From Calcarisporiella thermophila CBS 279.70 (taxonomy: Eukaryota > Fungi > Calcarisporiellomycota), in assembly GCF_041956535.1 (NCBI RefSeq), contig NW_027192223.1:157952-221951 (forward strand): 64,000 nt of DNA, written 5' to 3'. Both the position numbers and the translations under genes were made by a program. The notes under the pieces were generated by a model. It ran no database searches and was not told where the DNA came from. It worked only from the letters and a program-made list of their open reading frames with translations. Positions 1 through 12,756 of this stretch are shown piece by piece. How positions within the stretch are numbered: the stretch's first letter is position 1; every line of letters starts with the position of its first letter.

Positions 1-3000
1 GCGCACGCTCCGCACCTGTGGTTGCTGTTGGATGCGGGCTTCTTTACTTTACTCTATATTCTTCAGATTCCCTGGTTAAATCTCAAGGCTTGGAGTACAA
101 TGCTTATGATTACAGTGTTCTGCGTTTCGGATGTGGTAATATTCTCAGGGTCCAAGGTAACTTCTTTTCTCTAGGTTGAATGGTTCGACTCTCCATTAAT
201 GTCTTTTTTATTGTCTATTGTTGCAGCCTCTTCAGCATTTACCCGCCTTAATGATGTCTCTTCCTGGATTGTTTGGTAATGAACATTCTCCGTTTTGTCT
301 AAAGCATTTCTATCTAAGTGTTATTATTGTTTGACCGATAGCCGACTATGCACTTGGATATGCGGGATATCGGCCTGCGCTGTCCCAACGCGAGGTAAAA
401 ATCCAAGGTAGGTTGTCAATTATTCTGTTATGGAGAGAAATATATTAATATTATAGCATATATTAGATGTCTTATACAACGCTTCCCATATCCTCGGAAA
501 ACATACTGTACAGTTTCTCCCCTACAGGTATGAGCCTATGTTCCCACAGTAAATTCTCAACACTAGATTTAACCACATGTTTCTAATGGCATCAATAGTA
601 CTGCTAAACTTAATCCGGAAAATCGGTGCTTCTGTCTCGAGCGCACCCCACCCAAAAAACGAAAGAATGTTCTGCTTCCAATTCTATTCAACGGCACTTC
701 CCCTACATACCTGCAATACTCGCATATAGATCTAGTGACCGGCATGCGCCAGCTGGTCAACCTCACCAAACGAGACATTATCCGTTTTCGGCCCTCCGAC
801 CACTTCCAACAACAACAGCAACTTCAGAAAGATTTAGAATTATACTACATTGCAGTGCGGGAGCCTGGATTCTACAAGATCGAGCGTGCTCTGGATCGTA
901 ATCAAACTGATATCATGCTTTATAGGCGGGAGGCCTTGGTTGTTTTATGTCCAGAAACAGATTTCGGAAGGGATAAGGCGGTATCCGGATGGAGAAAGAA
1001 GGCACCCACTCAGGTAGTTTTACCACAGCCACAACACCGTTGTAAGGGCGATGATGAAGAAAGCATCCCACTTTGGCTGCGTGGTCTTCCTCCTTATCGG
1101 GTGGAATATGTGCGGCGGGTGAATGGTGAGAAGTTAGTGGTGACGATGGAGGATGTGAAGCCAGAAGATGGAGAAAGCATCCCAGCCGTTTATGCAGATG
1201 GAGGTGCTGTGATGCCCTCTCACTCCCTCGGACCGGTGGGGTGGGCAAGAGATAAAGAGATGACTTTGCCACTGAATATTACGTTTGATGCACCGGGCGA
1301 AGTAGACTTGGAGATCCTTAGCGTGAAAGATGGGTGTGGCAATACACAAACTTATCTCTCTCCCACTGAACAGCTCTCGGCGGAGGAAGAGGCAGAGACC
1401 AGCTTGGAACGAGGCGATTCGCGCCGCTTCACCATCCATCCACGGCCCGTTGGAAAGCTATTGTGTGATCCGAATAAGCCTATGAAGCTATTACACGGCG
1501 GAGAGCCTTTAGAAATCCCATTGCAAATTGTCGCCGAAGAGGGAAACGAATGGACCGCTGAGATTGGATTCTATCCTCCGCTTGCCGAGGAGGTGGAAGA
1601 AAAAGCGATGAGGCTGCCGAATGAGATAAAAAATATTACAGTGCGGACAAAGCGGTCTCTCTTTAAAGTCCATGCTCCTGGTACCTACACGCTAGCATCG
1701 GTAATGGATGCTCATTGTCGTGGGGAGGTGCTCTTGCCCGCATCGTGTCGCGTGCAGGAAGTCGCACCCCCAACGGTGGAGATTTCAACCACCCCAATCA
1801 AATCCAAATGCATTGGAGAAATAGGAATATCGGCTGCTCTCACTCTGACGGGTGAACCGCCGTTCAACGTCTATTACAAGTATGTTTCCTAAAAACACTC
1901 TTTCAGTCTGAACCATATTAACGCTTCTCCCCTCTCTTGCTATATTCTCCCATTAGAGTGTTCAAGGATAAGGTTCAATTACCAGAAATGCCGCCCAAGT
2001 CTATTGATAAGACTCGCCATACACTCTCCCTTATTCCAGACGTAACGGGATCCTATGAATATGTGTTCTATCGCATAGACGATGCCAACTACGAGAAGAT
2101 TCCCATTCAAAACACGGTAATACGACAAGTTGTGCACCCACAGCCCAGGGCGGAATTCCTCCAAAAGCCGGTCCAAGGTCCAATCAAGAGCTGTGTAGGG
2201 GGTCGCACTGCTCTCGCTATTCGTATGAGTGGTATCGGGCCCTGGAAGCTACATTACGAAATCATCCACAAGAGCCATCGGCACACTTACTCGGCCAATG
2301 TGAACGATTTCTATCATACAATTGAGACCCCTCCACTTGAAGCTGGCGGCTTGTACACGGTTTCGTTGCTACGTATTGAGGATGCCAACGGTTGTGTCCA
2401 AGACTTGGATACTAGCGACCTCACCATTGACGTACGACCTTTCCGGCCCTCAGCCGCATTCCACTCTCCCTCGACACCAGAGCATCCGGCTTTCTTCCTC
2501 GAAAATCACACCGCCCAGCTACCGCTTGAACTTACGGGCAATAAGCCATGGACAGTTACCTACAAAGCCGTTGGCGAGACAAATTCTCAGCAGGCCATTT
2601 TAATGGATCCTAATGGCTCATTAGAGGTGATGCGGCCCGGACTGTATGAGATAGTGCAGGTGCGTGACGCTTATTGCGCCGGTAAAGTTGTTCCGGATGC
2701 AAGCAGATATGCAGTCGCCTGGCATCCTCGTCCGTCTGTGATGTTCGATATGGAGCAGGTGCAGAGAAAACAAGACACAAAGGGTACTACTTACTATGAG
2801 CGACAGAAGGTTTGCCAGGGAGACTTGGATGCCGTTGACTTACACCTGAGCGGGAGGGCCCCTTGGCTTGTGACATACGAGCGATATTTCAAACCGCTTG
2901 GGGCGGCCGAGTTCCAGCGCCCTGATCGCCTGGATCTTTCCGCCAGCTTCCCGAAGACCAAGCTCCATCTCCAAACTACTGAGGCAGGCACTTACACATA

Positions 3001-3955
3001 CCGAATCGGGGACATTGCGGATGACATGTACGTGAAATCAGTTCCTCTCGCCAAGCAGCTAGTACTCGAGCAAAAAGTCTACCATAAGCCAAGTGCTCAG
3101 TTCATTAAGCCCACCGCCGTGCGGGTAGCCTGTGTTGGACAGAGCGGGGTCATCGGAGCGGAGAAACCACTTGTGCTCGAGTTCAAGGGGCTGCCTCCCT
3201 TCAATGCTAAGATACGGGTGCGACACGAAAATACCCCGCTCGAGAGTGAGTCCGAGCACGAGATGGTCCAGCTCTCCAATATCACAGAGTCACGACATAC
3301 TCTCTCGCTCCCAACACGCTTCGATCGCATTGGCACTTATATCATCACCCTTGAGGAGGTGAGCGATGCTTCTGGGTGTGGCCAATCTATTCCGGTCCAC
3401 TCCGAAATGGCTGTCAAGATCCAAGTGTTGGATACTGCTTCTATCACTCCCCTCTCTAACAATCAAGTCTATTGTGTTGGTGATGAGGTACGTTTCTCGC
3501 TGCAGGGAGTGGCACCGTGGACCGTGTCGTACGCCTTTGATCAGAAACGCGACACTGTTTCGGTTTCGAATGTGGACTTTGTAAGGTTTGCTGATCGCCC
3601 AGGTGAATTGCGGATTGAAAAAGTCTGCCACCTCCGTAATCAGTGCTGCACCGAGCCAAATCATGGGGTGATTGTGAAAGATATACCCGGGGCCCGAGTA
3701 AGTGGCGGGCGAGAAATAATCGAAACGTTGCGCGAGGGCGACAAAACCGAGATCAACATTGAGCTCATCGGCGAGCCGCCATTCACGTTCACATATACTC
3801 GGTCTGCGCCAGGGGGAATTCTTGAGAAGCACACGGTGCGTGACGTGCAGGACAACAAGTACACGCTCTACACTAGTCAGGAGGGAACATTCGAGGTGGT
3901 GTTTGTTGCAGACCGATGGTGCCAATATCCCCATAATAGAGCTACCCATACATAG
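1..3955 (+). CDS. POM152: Nuclear pore membrane protein Pom152 (5' end lies before the window; multi-exon)
   Basis: 5' TM exon with a 'WLLLDAGFFTLLYILQIPWL' motif and several short GT-AG introns. Large exons 735-1879 and ~1957-3955 encode repeated Ig-like units with 'L.G.PPF...Y' and 'G.Y.L..V.D..C' motifs. Confidence 0.9.
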
Positions 3956-4386
3956 TGAAAGAACAGAAAACAGAACTGCATTTTCGCTCTATCCTTTTAT
4001 TATTATTTTATTTTACCTTATTATTTCTTTCTTTCTCTCTCTTGTGTAAATAATGCAAATGGAAATGCTTAGAAAAATAAAACCATGCTTCTGAATCATG
4101 GTTGCAGCCTAGTTTTTGGTTCACTACTAGATCTTGGGTGTTTACCACGTCAAGAGATCTGACAGGATAGCCTCTCGACCGCCCATGTAACCCTAAACTA
4201 TAGCCTGCTTTCTGGGAACCCATCTTCAAGGACATTTTTACCCTCTGTCTTGTCTTTTACAATCCTATATTTTAAACCTTACATTAAAATCTTGAAAACA
4301 GGGGGAAATTGGGATAGGAATGAAGGATTATGCTAAGTAATCCAGATTCGGATAATATACACAAAAAAGAAACGACATAAACGCCT

Positions 4387-7085
4387 CTACACACAGATGC
4401 TCTCCTCCTCATCATCTCCAATATTTAGATAGCGTCTCAGCATTCGAAGTACTTGAGCTGCGAGCCCGAGGACCGTCATCCCGTTCTCCTCGGATGTCAT
4501 CCGGACCTGAATCCCACTTGCGTCCTGGTGTCTCTCGAGCTCCACCACATCCGCCTGCAACGTGGCGTTGCCCTCATTCGTCACCAGGTGCTCGGGCACC
4601 ACTATCTTCAAGCTTCCACCCCACCGCTTGTCCGCATCCAATGCTCTAGCATGCTTCTTTTTGCACTGATTTCCTCCAAAGATACTGCGCGCACGACACA
4701 CCACCTTTCGCGCACACTTGATCAGATTCTTCTCGCACTTTTTGGGAAAGCGCACGGCAGAATTTCGCGTCGCGAGGCGGGTGTAGCGGTCGAGGAGGGG
4801 GTCCATTTGAAGCTTGTCCGCGGAGATCAAGCGTTCGGTCAGCTCTACCACAAGCAAACAATATGGGTCAGATAAGACTCCATATACTTAGCAGGTGAAC
4901 GTCAATTTACCATGCCAAGAGTGAGCGCTAAGATCCTCTAAATCATATGTACTCTTAGCGTCATAGAGCAGGCTCCAGTTCGGTTCCTCCTCTGGGTTTT
5001 TATTGGCCGCATCAAGGTCAAAGGAGTATGTGTAGTGGTTGAGAATGCGATACGTTTTCTTCGAGAGCTTATAGACTCTAAATTTGGATGAATATTTTAG
5101 AACTATTACGTGTGCTAGGATGAATTATGGAATCTAGAGATTTTACCGAAACGCAGGGTTCAAGTCTTTGTAGGGAGTCACACTGGGGGCAACGTAAGCC
5201 ACGTTGACGGGTTGAAGATCGTCGGATTGCGGATCATAAAACACATGGAACTCATCATAGTGGGAGTGTCCTGTTTCCAAGAATGAGAGCACAAAGATCG
5301 AGTCAATCCTGCACAAATGCTATCTAAGGAAAGCTTACCGTAAAATTGGCTCACAATAGTGTCGTTAAATCTTGCTACAATCCTCGAAAAAGCGCGGGCC
5401 ATTTCAGGGAAGGCATCCAAGTCAAGAGGGCTCATATGCCCAATGACGATGACCTTCTTCCCCTCCCTCTCGGCATTCCATAGCTCACTGACCAACCAGC
5501 TTAACATGCCCTCAGGGTCTGGCTCGTCGTCAGGGCGCATCAACATCCACCAGTTCAAATTGTAGAAAAAGTTGGTGTTGAGAGAGACGAGTCTCAGAGT
5601 GGGCGTGAGAGAAGCAGAGTAAAAGCCAGCGGTGACAAATGTGGAAGGGGGAATTTGGTTGGCGAACCAGTGCTTCCACAGGGACGAGAGGTGATGGTAG
5701 AGCCAAGAGGCGGAGGGCGCCTCAGGAGTGCGGTGAGTGGGAAAGGAATTGGTAGGGACACCCTCATGGTTTCCTATACATCATACAATAAGAACACACG
5801 ATTCAATATGGTGCAATAAAATTGAAGTTTGGATGTATGGTTGAAGAGAGTACCGATGGTCAGGTAAAGAGGAGTTTCGCCGAATGTGCGCAGGAAATCT
5901 GAGGAGGCAGCGCTCGAAGTGCTCCGTAGGGTAGAAATTGTTTCCGCCCATATATCTATATGAAGAGCTAAGGGTTAGCGTAATCTACGATGAAAATAGG
6001 GCCACAGCCAAACATTCAATCTGCATCACCATGGGGTGGCATATCTCTATTAAGGGTGCAAAGAAAGATGGAATTGAGCCGGGTGCGTTTTGGATGGTTT
6101 GGAGTAGGCCGACTTACCCAGTCATGATCGCAAAGTCTATGCTTGGAACAAGCTTGGGAATCATCTTGATGATATTTTCAACAAGCGCCTTCGGCACATC
6201 GCACTTGTATTCTCCCCAGCGGCCGGCCGGTTTTTTCACGCCCTTGCCATTGGGCGGACGGCAGCAGATAGGATCCCGGCAGTCACCCTCCAATCCCTCC
6301 TAATACCATATTGCATTTTTCAACGGAAGAGTCACCTACAAAATCCGACTCCTTTAACTTGCCTGGTATTCGGGGTCATAGTGCCAGTCCGTGAGTTGGA
6401 CAAGTGTTATGGCATCTTCTTCTTCGTCTCCTCCCGGTGGTATTGTATCGGTTCTATTTGGTGCAGGTGGCGGTGGAGGTAGCGGAATCTCCCAAGCATC
6501 AGAGGGAGAAGGGAGGGGGCACATTCGAAGCTTTCGGCACATGTTGATCGGCTTGAAGAAGGTGTTTCCGAGCACCGTGAGGCCCCACGGGCCAAATTCA
6601 GGGACTATTCCCTTGCACTAGCAGTTCATATTAGTTAGAATGAGGTCGGTATCCAGGGGGGAAAAGACAGGCATTGCGCCATAGAGATGGACTCTACCAC
6701 ATGCTTGGACTGAATTCCCAGCCTTGCGCATATCTCCGAACTAGTGTACAATATTGCCTCGCGCGTAAAATTGAGCTGGACCAATTTTTGAATCTTGCTG
6801 GCCAGGGGCAGGCACACTTCACATGTAAAAGACGCAGGCTATTTCGGCAGCGCGAGTAAGTAAAATTTTGCTCTTTGTGCCGCCTTAAGAGGGCTTTACC
6901 TTGGTATTGCCGCTGGACGTTTTCACCAGCATCTCAACATTCGGCTCCCACTCGACCTCCTCCAGCAGCGTGTTCCATGGCGCCTTGAAGTTGGAGCTGC
7001 CACGGCGGAAGGGTTGCTGGAGAGAGGGCGCGTACGAGGGTGTGAAGAGCAGGAATAATGACACGACAACTACAAGCCGTGTCAT
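4387..7085 (-). CDS. Secreted acid sphingomyelinase-like metallophosphoesterase with saposin-B domain
   Basis: Signal peptide MTRLVVVVSLFLL and a saposin Cys pattern (CEVC...C...C...C). Metallophosphoesterase motifs LTDWHYD, TGD, GNHEG, GHMSP and FYGHSH are spread over about 9 exons. Intron 6300-6362 is GC-AG (CAG|GCAAGT). Confidence 0.88.
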
Positions 7086-8613
7086 GGGATGGGGAGAGAT
7101 GCAAGAGAATGATCAGGAGGCGGGGCAACTTAGAGTGAGCCAAGGTGGAAGAGTTAGAAGAGAGCTAGAAGGACATCAACCCCTGGGATCTGAGAGAAAG
7201 GGCCACATTTTTAATAATCATATACTGGGAAAGGCAGGGCTATCTATCTTTAATAAAATGCCCAACGGTCTCTGCATGCGGAGGCAATTCTATTGGTTGA
7301 TTGGGCAGACTGCGGTTAGGGGAATATTAATCCAAATTTTAGGTTGAAACGTGGAAATCAAGATATTCTGGTATTGGAAGGGATGCGCATCTCCAGTGCT
7401 GACTGTGCTGAGGCTATAGGGACTTGCAAAGGTGTCTGAGCTGGTAAGTGAGCGTGCGGTATAAAGCAAAGCCATTCCTTTTGGCCCTTTCTTTGTAGCC
7501 GTAATACGGCTAGTCCCTCTAGTCATAAACTCGCATACTATTGCAACATAGGGTTAGCTTGTGAACAGTTTAAAGGCCAGGAGTTTTTTGCTAGTTCATC
7601 CATGATATAATACTCCTTTAACTATAGAGTAGGCGTCTGCATCATGAGGACCATATTGATCTTAGTACAACGAATTCTTTATTAAATATAAGCGCTTAAC
7701 ATAATCTCGCGTATTTTTTCGACGTGAAATGCTCCGAGACGGATCGATGTTAAGGTCTTACCCCCCCCCCCCTGTGACTGGAAGCATGAGGTCGAGGGCA
7801 TCTAATAAATAAATAAATAAATATTTCATTACGGGTGATTATTTAGATTTGGCTCCAAACTTCAAATTGAAGAGGCCCTAGATAGTTTATTTCTTCTCTC
7901 ATTAGTTATCCACTTTGAACTCGCCCCGAGTTGCAAATGGACCGCAACTGATCGCTATCTTTTCAGCCTTTTCTTAAACAAAAGGGTCGAGAACAGTTGA
8001 CCCACAAAGAAATCATTGAGAGGCCCAGCCCCCATGGGACAGCGGTGAAAAATAATTGTCCGTTCAGGATTGCAATTTAAGAAATTGGGTGCCTTCAACG
8101 TTTGGCTCCGACTTTTCAATTCTTACAGTACAAAAATAATAAACGAGTGCCTTTTTTATTTTCCTTACTTTCTCCACTCAGCTGCCACAGTGGGAAAATG
8201 ATTATCCTAATGCTAGTACAAAAGAAACAGGAAAGGAGAAAAAGAAAAATATGTATCAGGAGTGTGGCAGTGTAATGCTAACGAACAATATCAACAACTG
8301 GAAAGTGAAATAGAAAAAAAAAGAAGCTACTATTAATAGTTTAAATGTTAAAAGTATAATTTAACATATCGAGACAGTTAAGCAGAGACAGTTTCATGAA
8401 CAGGAGTATAGTTAAAAATAACAAGCACTCACACACATACAAATGATAAAAAATAAAACTAAAAAGGAGCGGGGTGGGGTTTTTCACAAGCCCAACAACA
8501 ATAGAAGCGAGCAAAGAGAAACTAGACATTCCAACTATTATTTCCCGTTCAAATGAATTAGAGGATTTAGTGAACAACAATTAAACTCAACAACCCCTCC
8601 ACATCTGTATTAG

Positions 8614-11600
8614 TTAGAGCTCAAAGGACGGCATCCTCCCATCCATTTCTTCTCCTTCGTCCAGATAGATTATATTAATCGAGCTGGGGGACGGTGGCTC
8701 GCAGAGGAGAGAGCTACGATACTCGAGGTCGATGGGCGTCGAGGGGAGCTCTGGAAGCGGCAGCAAATCAACACTGCTCGTGTGGGGCTCTCTTGGAAGG
8801 GCTGCCGAAGGGGATTTGTCATGCTGTGGCACTTCGATGGGTTGTGAGTCGTGGTAGATCGAAATCTCGATGTTGGGCAGTGCTCCCGGGGCATGGCGGC
8901 TATTGCCGCTGCTTCCGCTCGTGCGATAAGAGTAGGAGCTCTGAGAGTCTAATACGGAGGAGAACTCGATGGCGGAGCCAAATAAGCTCGAGGAGGGCGA
9001 CGTTGCTGAGCCGCCCGATGAGCGTTGATTGGAGCCCAGCGAAAGCAGAGAGAATTGCTCGGTGGGAGTACCCGTCCTACTGGAGTGGCGGCTGACCGAT
9101 GACGATCTCAGCGGGTCGAGGAGGAAGAATGGGTTCGACTGAGCGTTCCGTTGGCGAATATCTTCGAGGACGGCCACGGGCCTGGGGCCCAGGTCCAGAG
9201 AGTTGTGCCTCGAGCGTCTCCAGGAACAAACCGATTCTCGACCGTCCGAATCCGTGTCCCTCACCGGAAGGGCAGCGACCACCCCCCCACTGCTCTCGGA
9301 CACACCGAAGAACGAGTTGCGACATCCAGCTCCATAATCGACACTGAAGGTGCGGCGTCTCCTTGTGAGTGTAAGCTCAAGCTTCAGCTGGGCGCGATAA
9401 GCCTCCATCGCTTGGTGATCGAGGTTGTGAAGGGCATTGATGGACTGTTGGAAGGACTGATTTGCAGCAGGTGGCGTTTTGGGCTGCGCCGAGGATGCTG
9501 CCTGGGAATGGTACGCGGCTTGGGCATGGGCATGGTTCCCAGAGGCAATGGGGCCGGATCCGCTAGTAGGGTAAGGTGCCATATTACCATAGGCGGCAGT
9601 GCTCCCATCGCTCGCATTTGGTATCGGTGAGATATAGGGCTGTTGATAGCTGTTGTGATATGAGCCTATATAGGATGACGGGGCATTGGTCTGTGGGGCC
9701 GCGTACAACTGGGTAAACTGAGCTGCATCCCTAGCCTGCGGTTGAAGAGTTTGCTTGGTAGGAGGCGCCTCAAAATCGGTATTGAAATCGTCGTATGAAC
9801 CTATAAAAATTTACGCAAGGATGAGCTCACATACAAAGGGTAGGTTTGGGGGTCCCCAATGCTTACCACTATCGCGTTTTCGTACGTATGCTCGTGCCTT
9901 CTTCACCAGCATGGACAGTAGCGCGATGCCAACGAGACATGCAAACGCAATACCTGCGTATTTGCCGACCTGCTCGAGCGGAGAGGAGACGCTCTTCATC
10001 ATGCGATCAGTCTCAGCGAGACCCTCTTGGGTACAAACACCGGCGCGACACGAAAGAGTAGGTGAGGCAGTTGCAGGAACATCCGGTGAAAAGGTGGTGG
10101 TGGTTGGGCTTGCCACATCCACGTGCATATTAGCGTCATCGTCTTTGTTATTGTTGTGATCCTTCGGGGAGGGGGACGACTTCGAAGTATCAATAGTAGG
10201 GGTTGGTTTATCCTTGCCATGATCAGGGTTAGCGGCCGTAGTGGTGGCTGTGGCCGTATTGGTGTTGCTGCTGTTATTGGCGCTGGGGGCTTGGGCAGAA
10301 GCACTATTTAGAACGGGAGTTGCCTGAGCAAGTTGAGAGTCAGCGTTACCCGCCGTGCTTTGTGGAGGGGTTGAGTTCTGGTCTGAGTTGCTGGCAGTAT
10401 TGAGTGCGCTTTCGGTAGGGGTGGCTTGCTCATTAGCCGTCGAGGTCTGTGATGGTACGTTTGTGCCGCCCTCTGACAAAGGGTCAATGCTAGAAGTCGC
10501 TAAAGCGGTCGGCATAGAGGTTACCAAAGCATCCCCCGGCTCAATCTGGGTTGAAGGGAATGGAGCTGAAGTGGGGGCCGACTCTGTGGCACTTTCAGTT
10601 GTAGTGAGCTTCGAAGTAGCGTCAGCAGAGGCAAGCAGGTCCGAAAGGGTGAGGGTCGGTTGGATCGAAGCAGGCTCCGCACTTGGTGACGGATTCGTAT
10701 CTTCCGGAGTCACATTTGGTTGGGCTGATGCGGTAGCCAAGGAAGGACCCACGGTGACAGTCGAGGTAGTGAAGACCACGTTGTTGGGTTCGTTCGACGG
10801 AGTAGGAGCCTTTCCCAGCTGTTTTGGCCTCCTTCTCCGGGTGGGAGTTGGGGGAAGAGTCGGCGGATTAGGAGGAGGTGGAGATAGAGGAGACTGAGGC
10901 GCCTGAGGAAGGTCAGCATTAGGCTTACCCTTGGCCTTCTCTTTCTCCCTTTCTTTCTCCTCTTTCTCCCGTTCTTTCTCCTCCTTTTCCCTCTCCTTTT
11001 CCTTCTCTTTCTCCTTCTTCTCTCTTTCTTTTTCCTTTTTCCGGTCTTTATTGCCATCGGCAGGATTCTGGGCATTATCTACGGGCGCACCGTTGATCAA
11101 GATGTTGACCTTACTCTTGTCCTGGTCGGCATTGGGATCGGGCGGGGGAGGAGAGGAAGGTAGAGGGACGGGCGTGGGCTGCTTATTCTCCGCTTCCTCT
11201 TTCTGCTGCTTCTCTTTTTCGTTATCTTTCCCCTTCTGAGGTTTACCTGGAGCCTCTTTAATGGGTGCCAATTCCTTCTCCAGACCTTTTTCCTTCTCCT
11301 TCCCATTTTCGAGCGGCTGTGGAAGCACAGGCTTTGGTCCTGAGGCTTGGTTGGCCGAGTTGTTCTCAAACGGTTTGCCATTGATGCCGTCGAAGATGGC
11401 CTGAATGATCGAAGAGGCCATCTTGGTTCCCATCTCCGCCGGGTTGATAAAGTTGCCTCTATGGAATTGATTGTTTTCCTGGAACTTTTCCAGAACGCCC
11501 TCTCTGCGGCCATTCCCAATACGTCTATTGGCGGCGATGTCATCCTGCCCAGGCGGAAGGGCCCCGGGTTCTCCTGTTGCCCCGCTTGCAGGGTTATTAC

Positions 11601-11754
11601 CTTGGTCCGAAGGGTTGTCACGACGAACCATGACTAAAGTGTGTGAAAGTAGAGTTAGCCAGAGAACAAAGGTAGAGGGATATGGAGAATGGATATATAT
11701 ACTGTTGTTCACATCATTGGATCTTCTATGTGGTGTGGAACTGGAAGGAGCCAT
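8614..11754 (-). CDS. Mucin-like single-pass membrane protein (Pro/Ser/Thr-rich and KE-rich ectodomain, TM, Ser-rich cytoplasmic tail)
   Basis: ORF 9811-11754 (TM: YAGIAFACLVGIALLSMLV then KKAR) joins ORF 8614-9708 in frame through an intron G|GTAAGC (~9867) ... TTTATAG|GT (~9801). The true start codon is uncertain. Confidence 0.65.
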
Positions 11755-12756
11755 GTTGGACAGAGTTACTGAGGAATAGTATGCCTTGGAGAGAGGATAC
11801 CAGGAAGGTGAGGAGAGGTGAAGAGATTAGTTACAGGTCGGGTTAGCACACAACGGCATTCATTCATCAGTGAATGCGGATAGTCACCTCTTCCACCACG
11901 CAAATGCCTTCCTAAAGGAATGAACTAGAATTTGATGGAATGAATGAATGGAAATGAAATGAAGGTAACGAAATGCCGCCGGAGAAAACAGGAATGTAGT
12001 GAGAGAAAGGCATGGTGACAGTTAAAAGTCGAGCATAAAATTAAATTACCGTGTTCTCGTCACACAAATTAGGCGCATCTCCCAGGTGGCCCGTGCTTCA
12101 AAGGTTACGGTGGCAGCAGAAATAAGGAAAATCGGACCAACATGTATACAACGAGAATGGCACAGAGCATTAAAATCGCCGTACAAAACGACTCCGCTTT
12201 TGCGGATTCCATAGTTCCAGCTCTCACCGCCAAAGCATTTGTGCCGGTTGTGATTTAATATCTCTTTATCTTTATATATTCTAAGCCCATCGCCCAGCGC
12301 TCATTAGAGCGCTAGTCTCAATCTTTCCATGTGGATTTCCTCCCTTGGAACTGTGCGAGGTTGTTGCAAACCATAGACAGGACGGCGAGGTCCTCGTTGT
12401 GTCTCGGTCCCCAGCCACTGCTCAATAAATATTGCCTTTATTGAAGCTTTGGATGCTTCGGAGAGTTCGTCATTTTTTACAGTGGGATGCATAAATTATC
12501 ACAAAAAATGTCAAGAGTCGCAGAGAAAATCGGTGCAAAAGAAAGAAAGAAAGAAAAAATTTAGCGACTGCAAATGCGCAAGCATAGGGCTAGAAAAGGT
12601 GGGGAAGGAATGAATAAAAAAAAAATTAAATCAAACCAAACTTAGGATGAAATCATAATTTAATAGTATTAATAATAGTAATAAGTAGGTTACTTATAAC
12701 AATAAACTGGATGATAGGGGAGATGTAAATCAGCGTGTGTTATTCAAAAACGAATT

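Noticed and set aside
3290-11637. Numerous overlapping antisense or alternate-frame ORFs in the GC-richer genes
   Set aside because: Expected shadows of real CDSs in GC-rich, low-complexity coding sequence.
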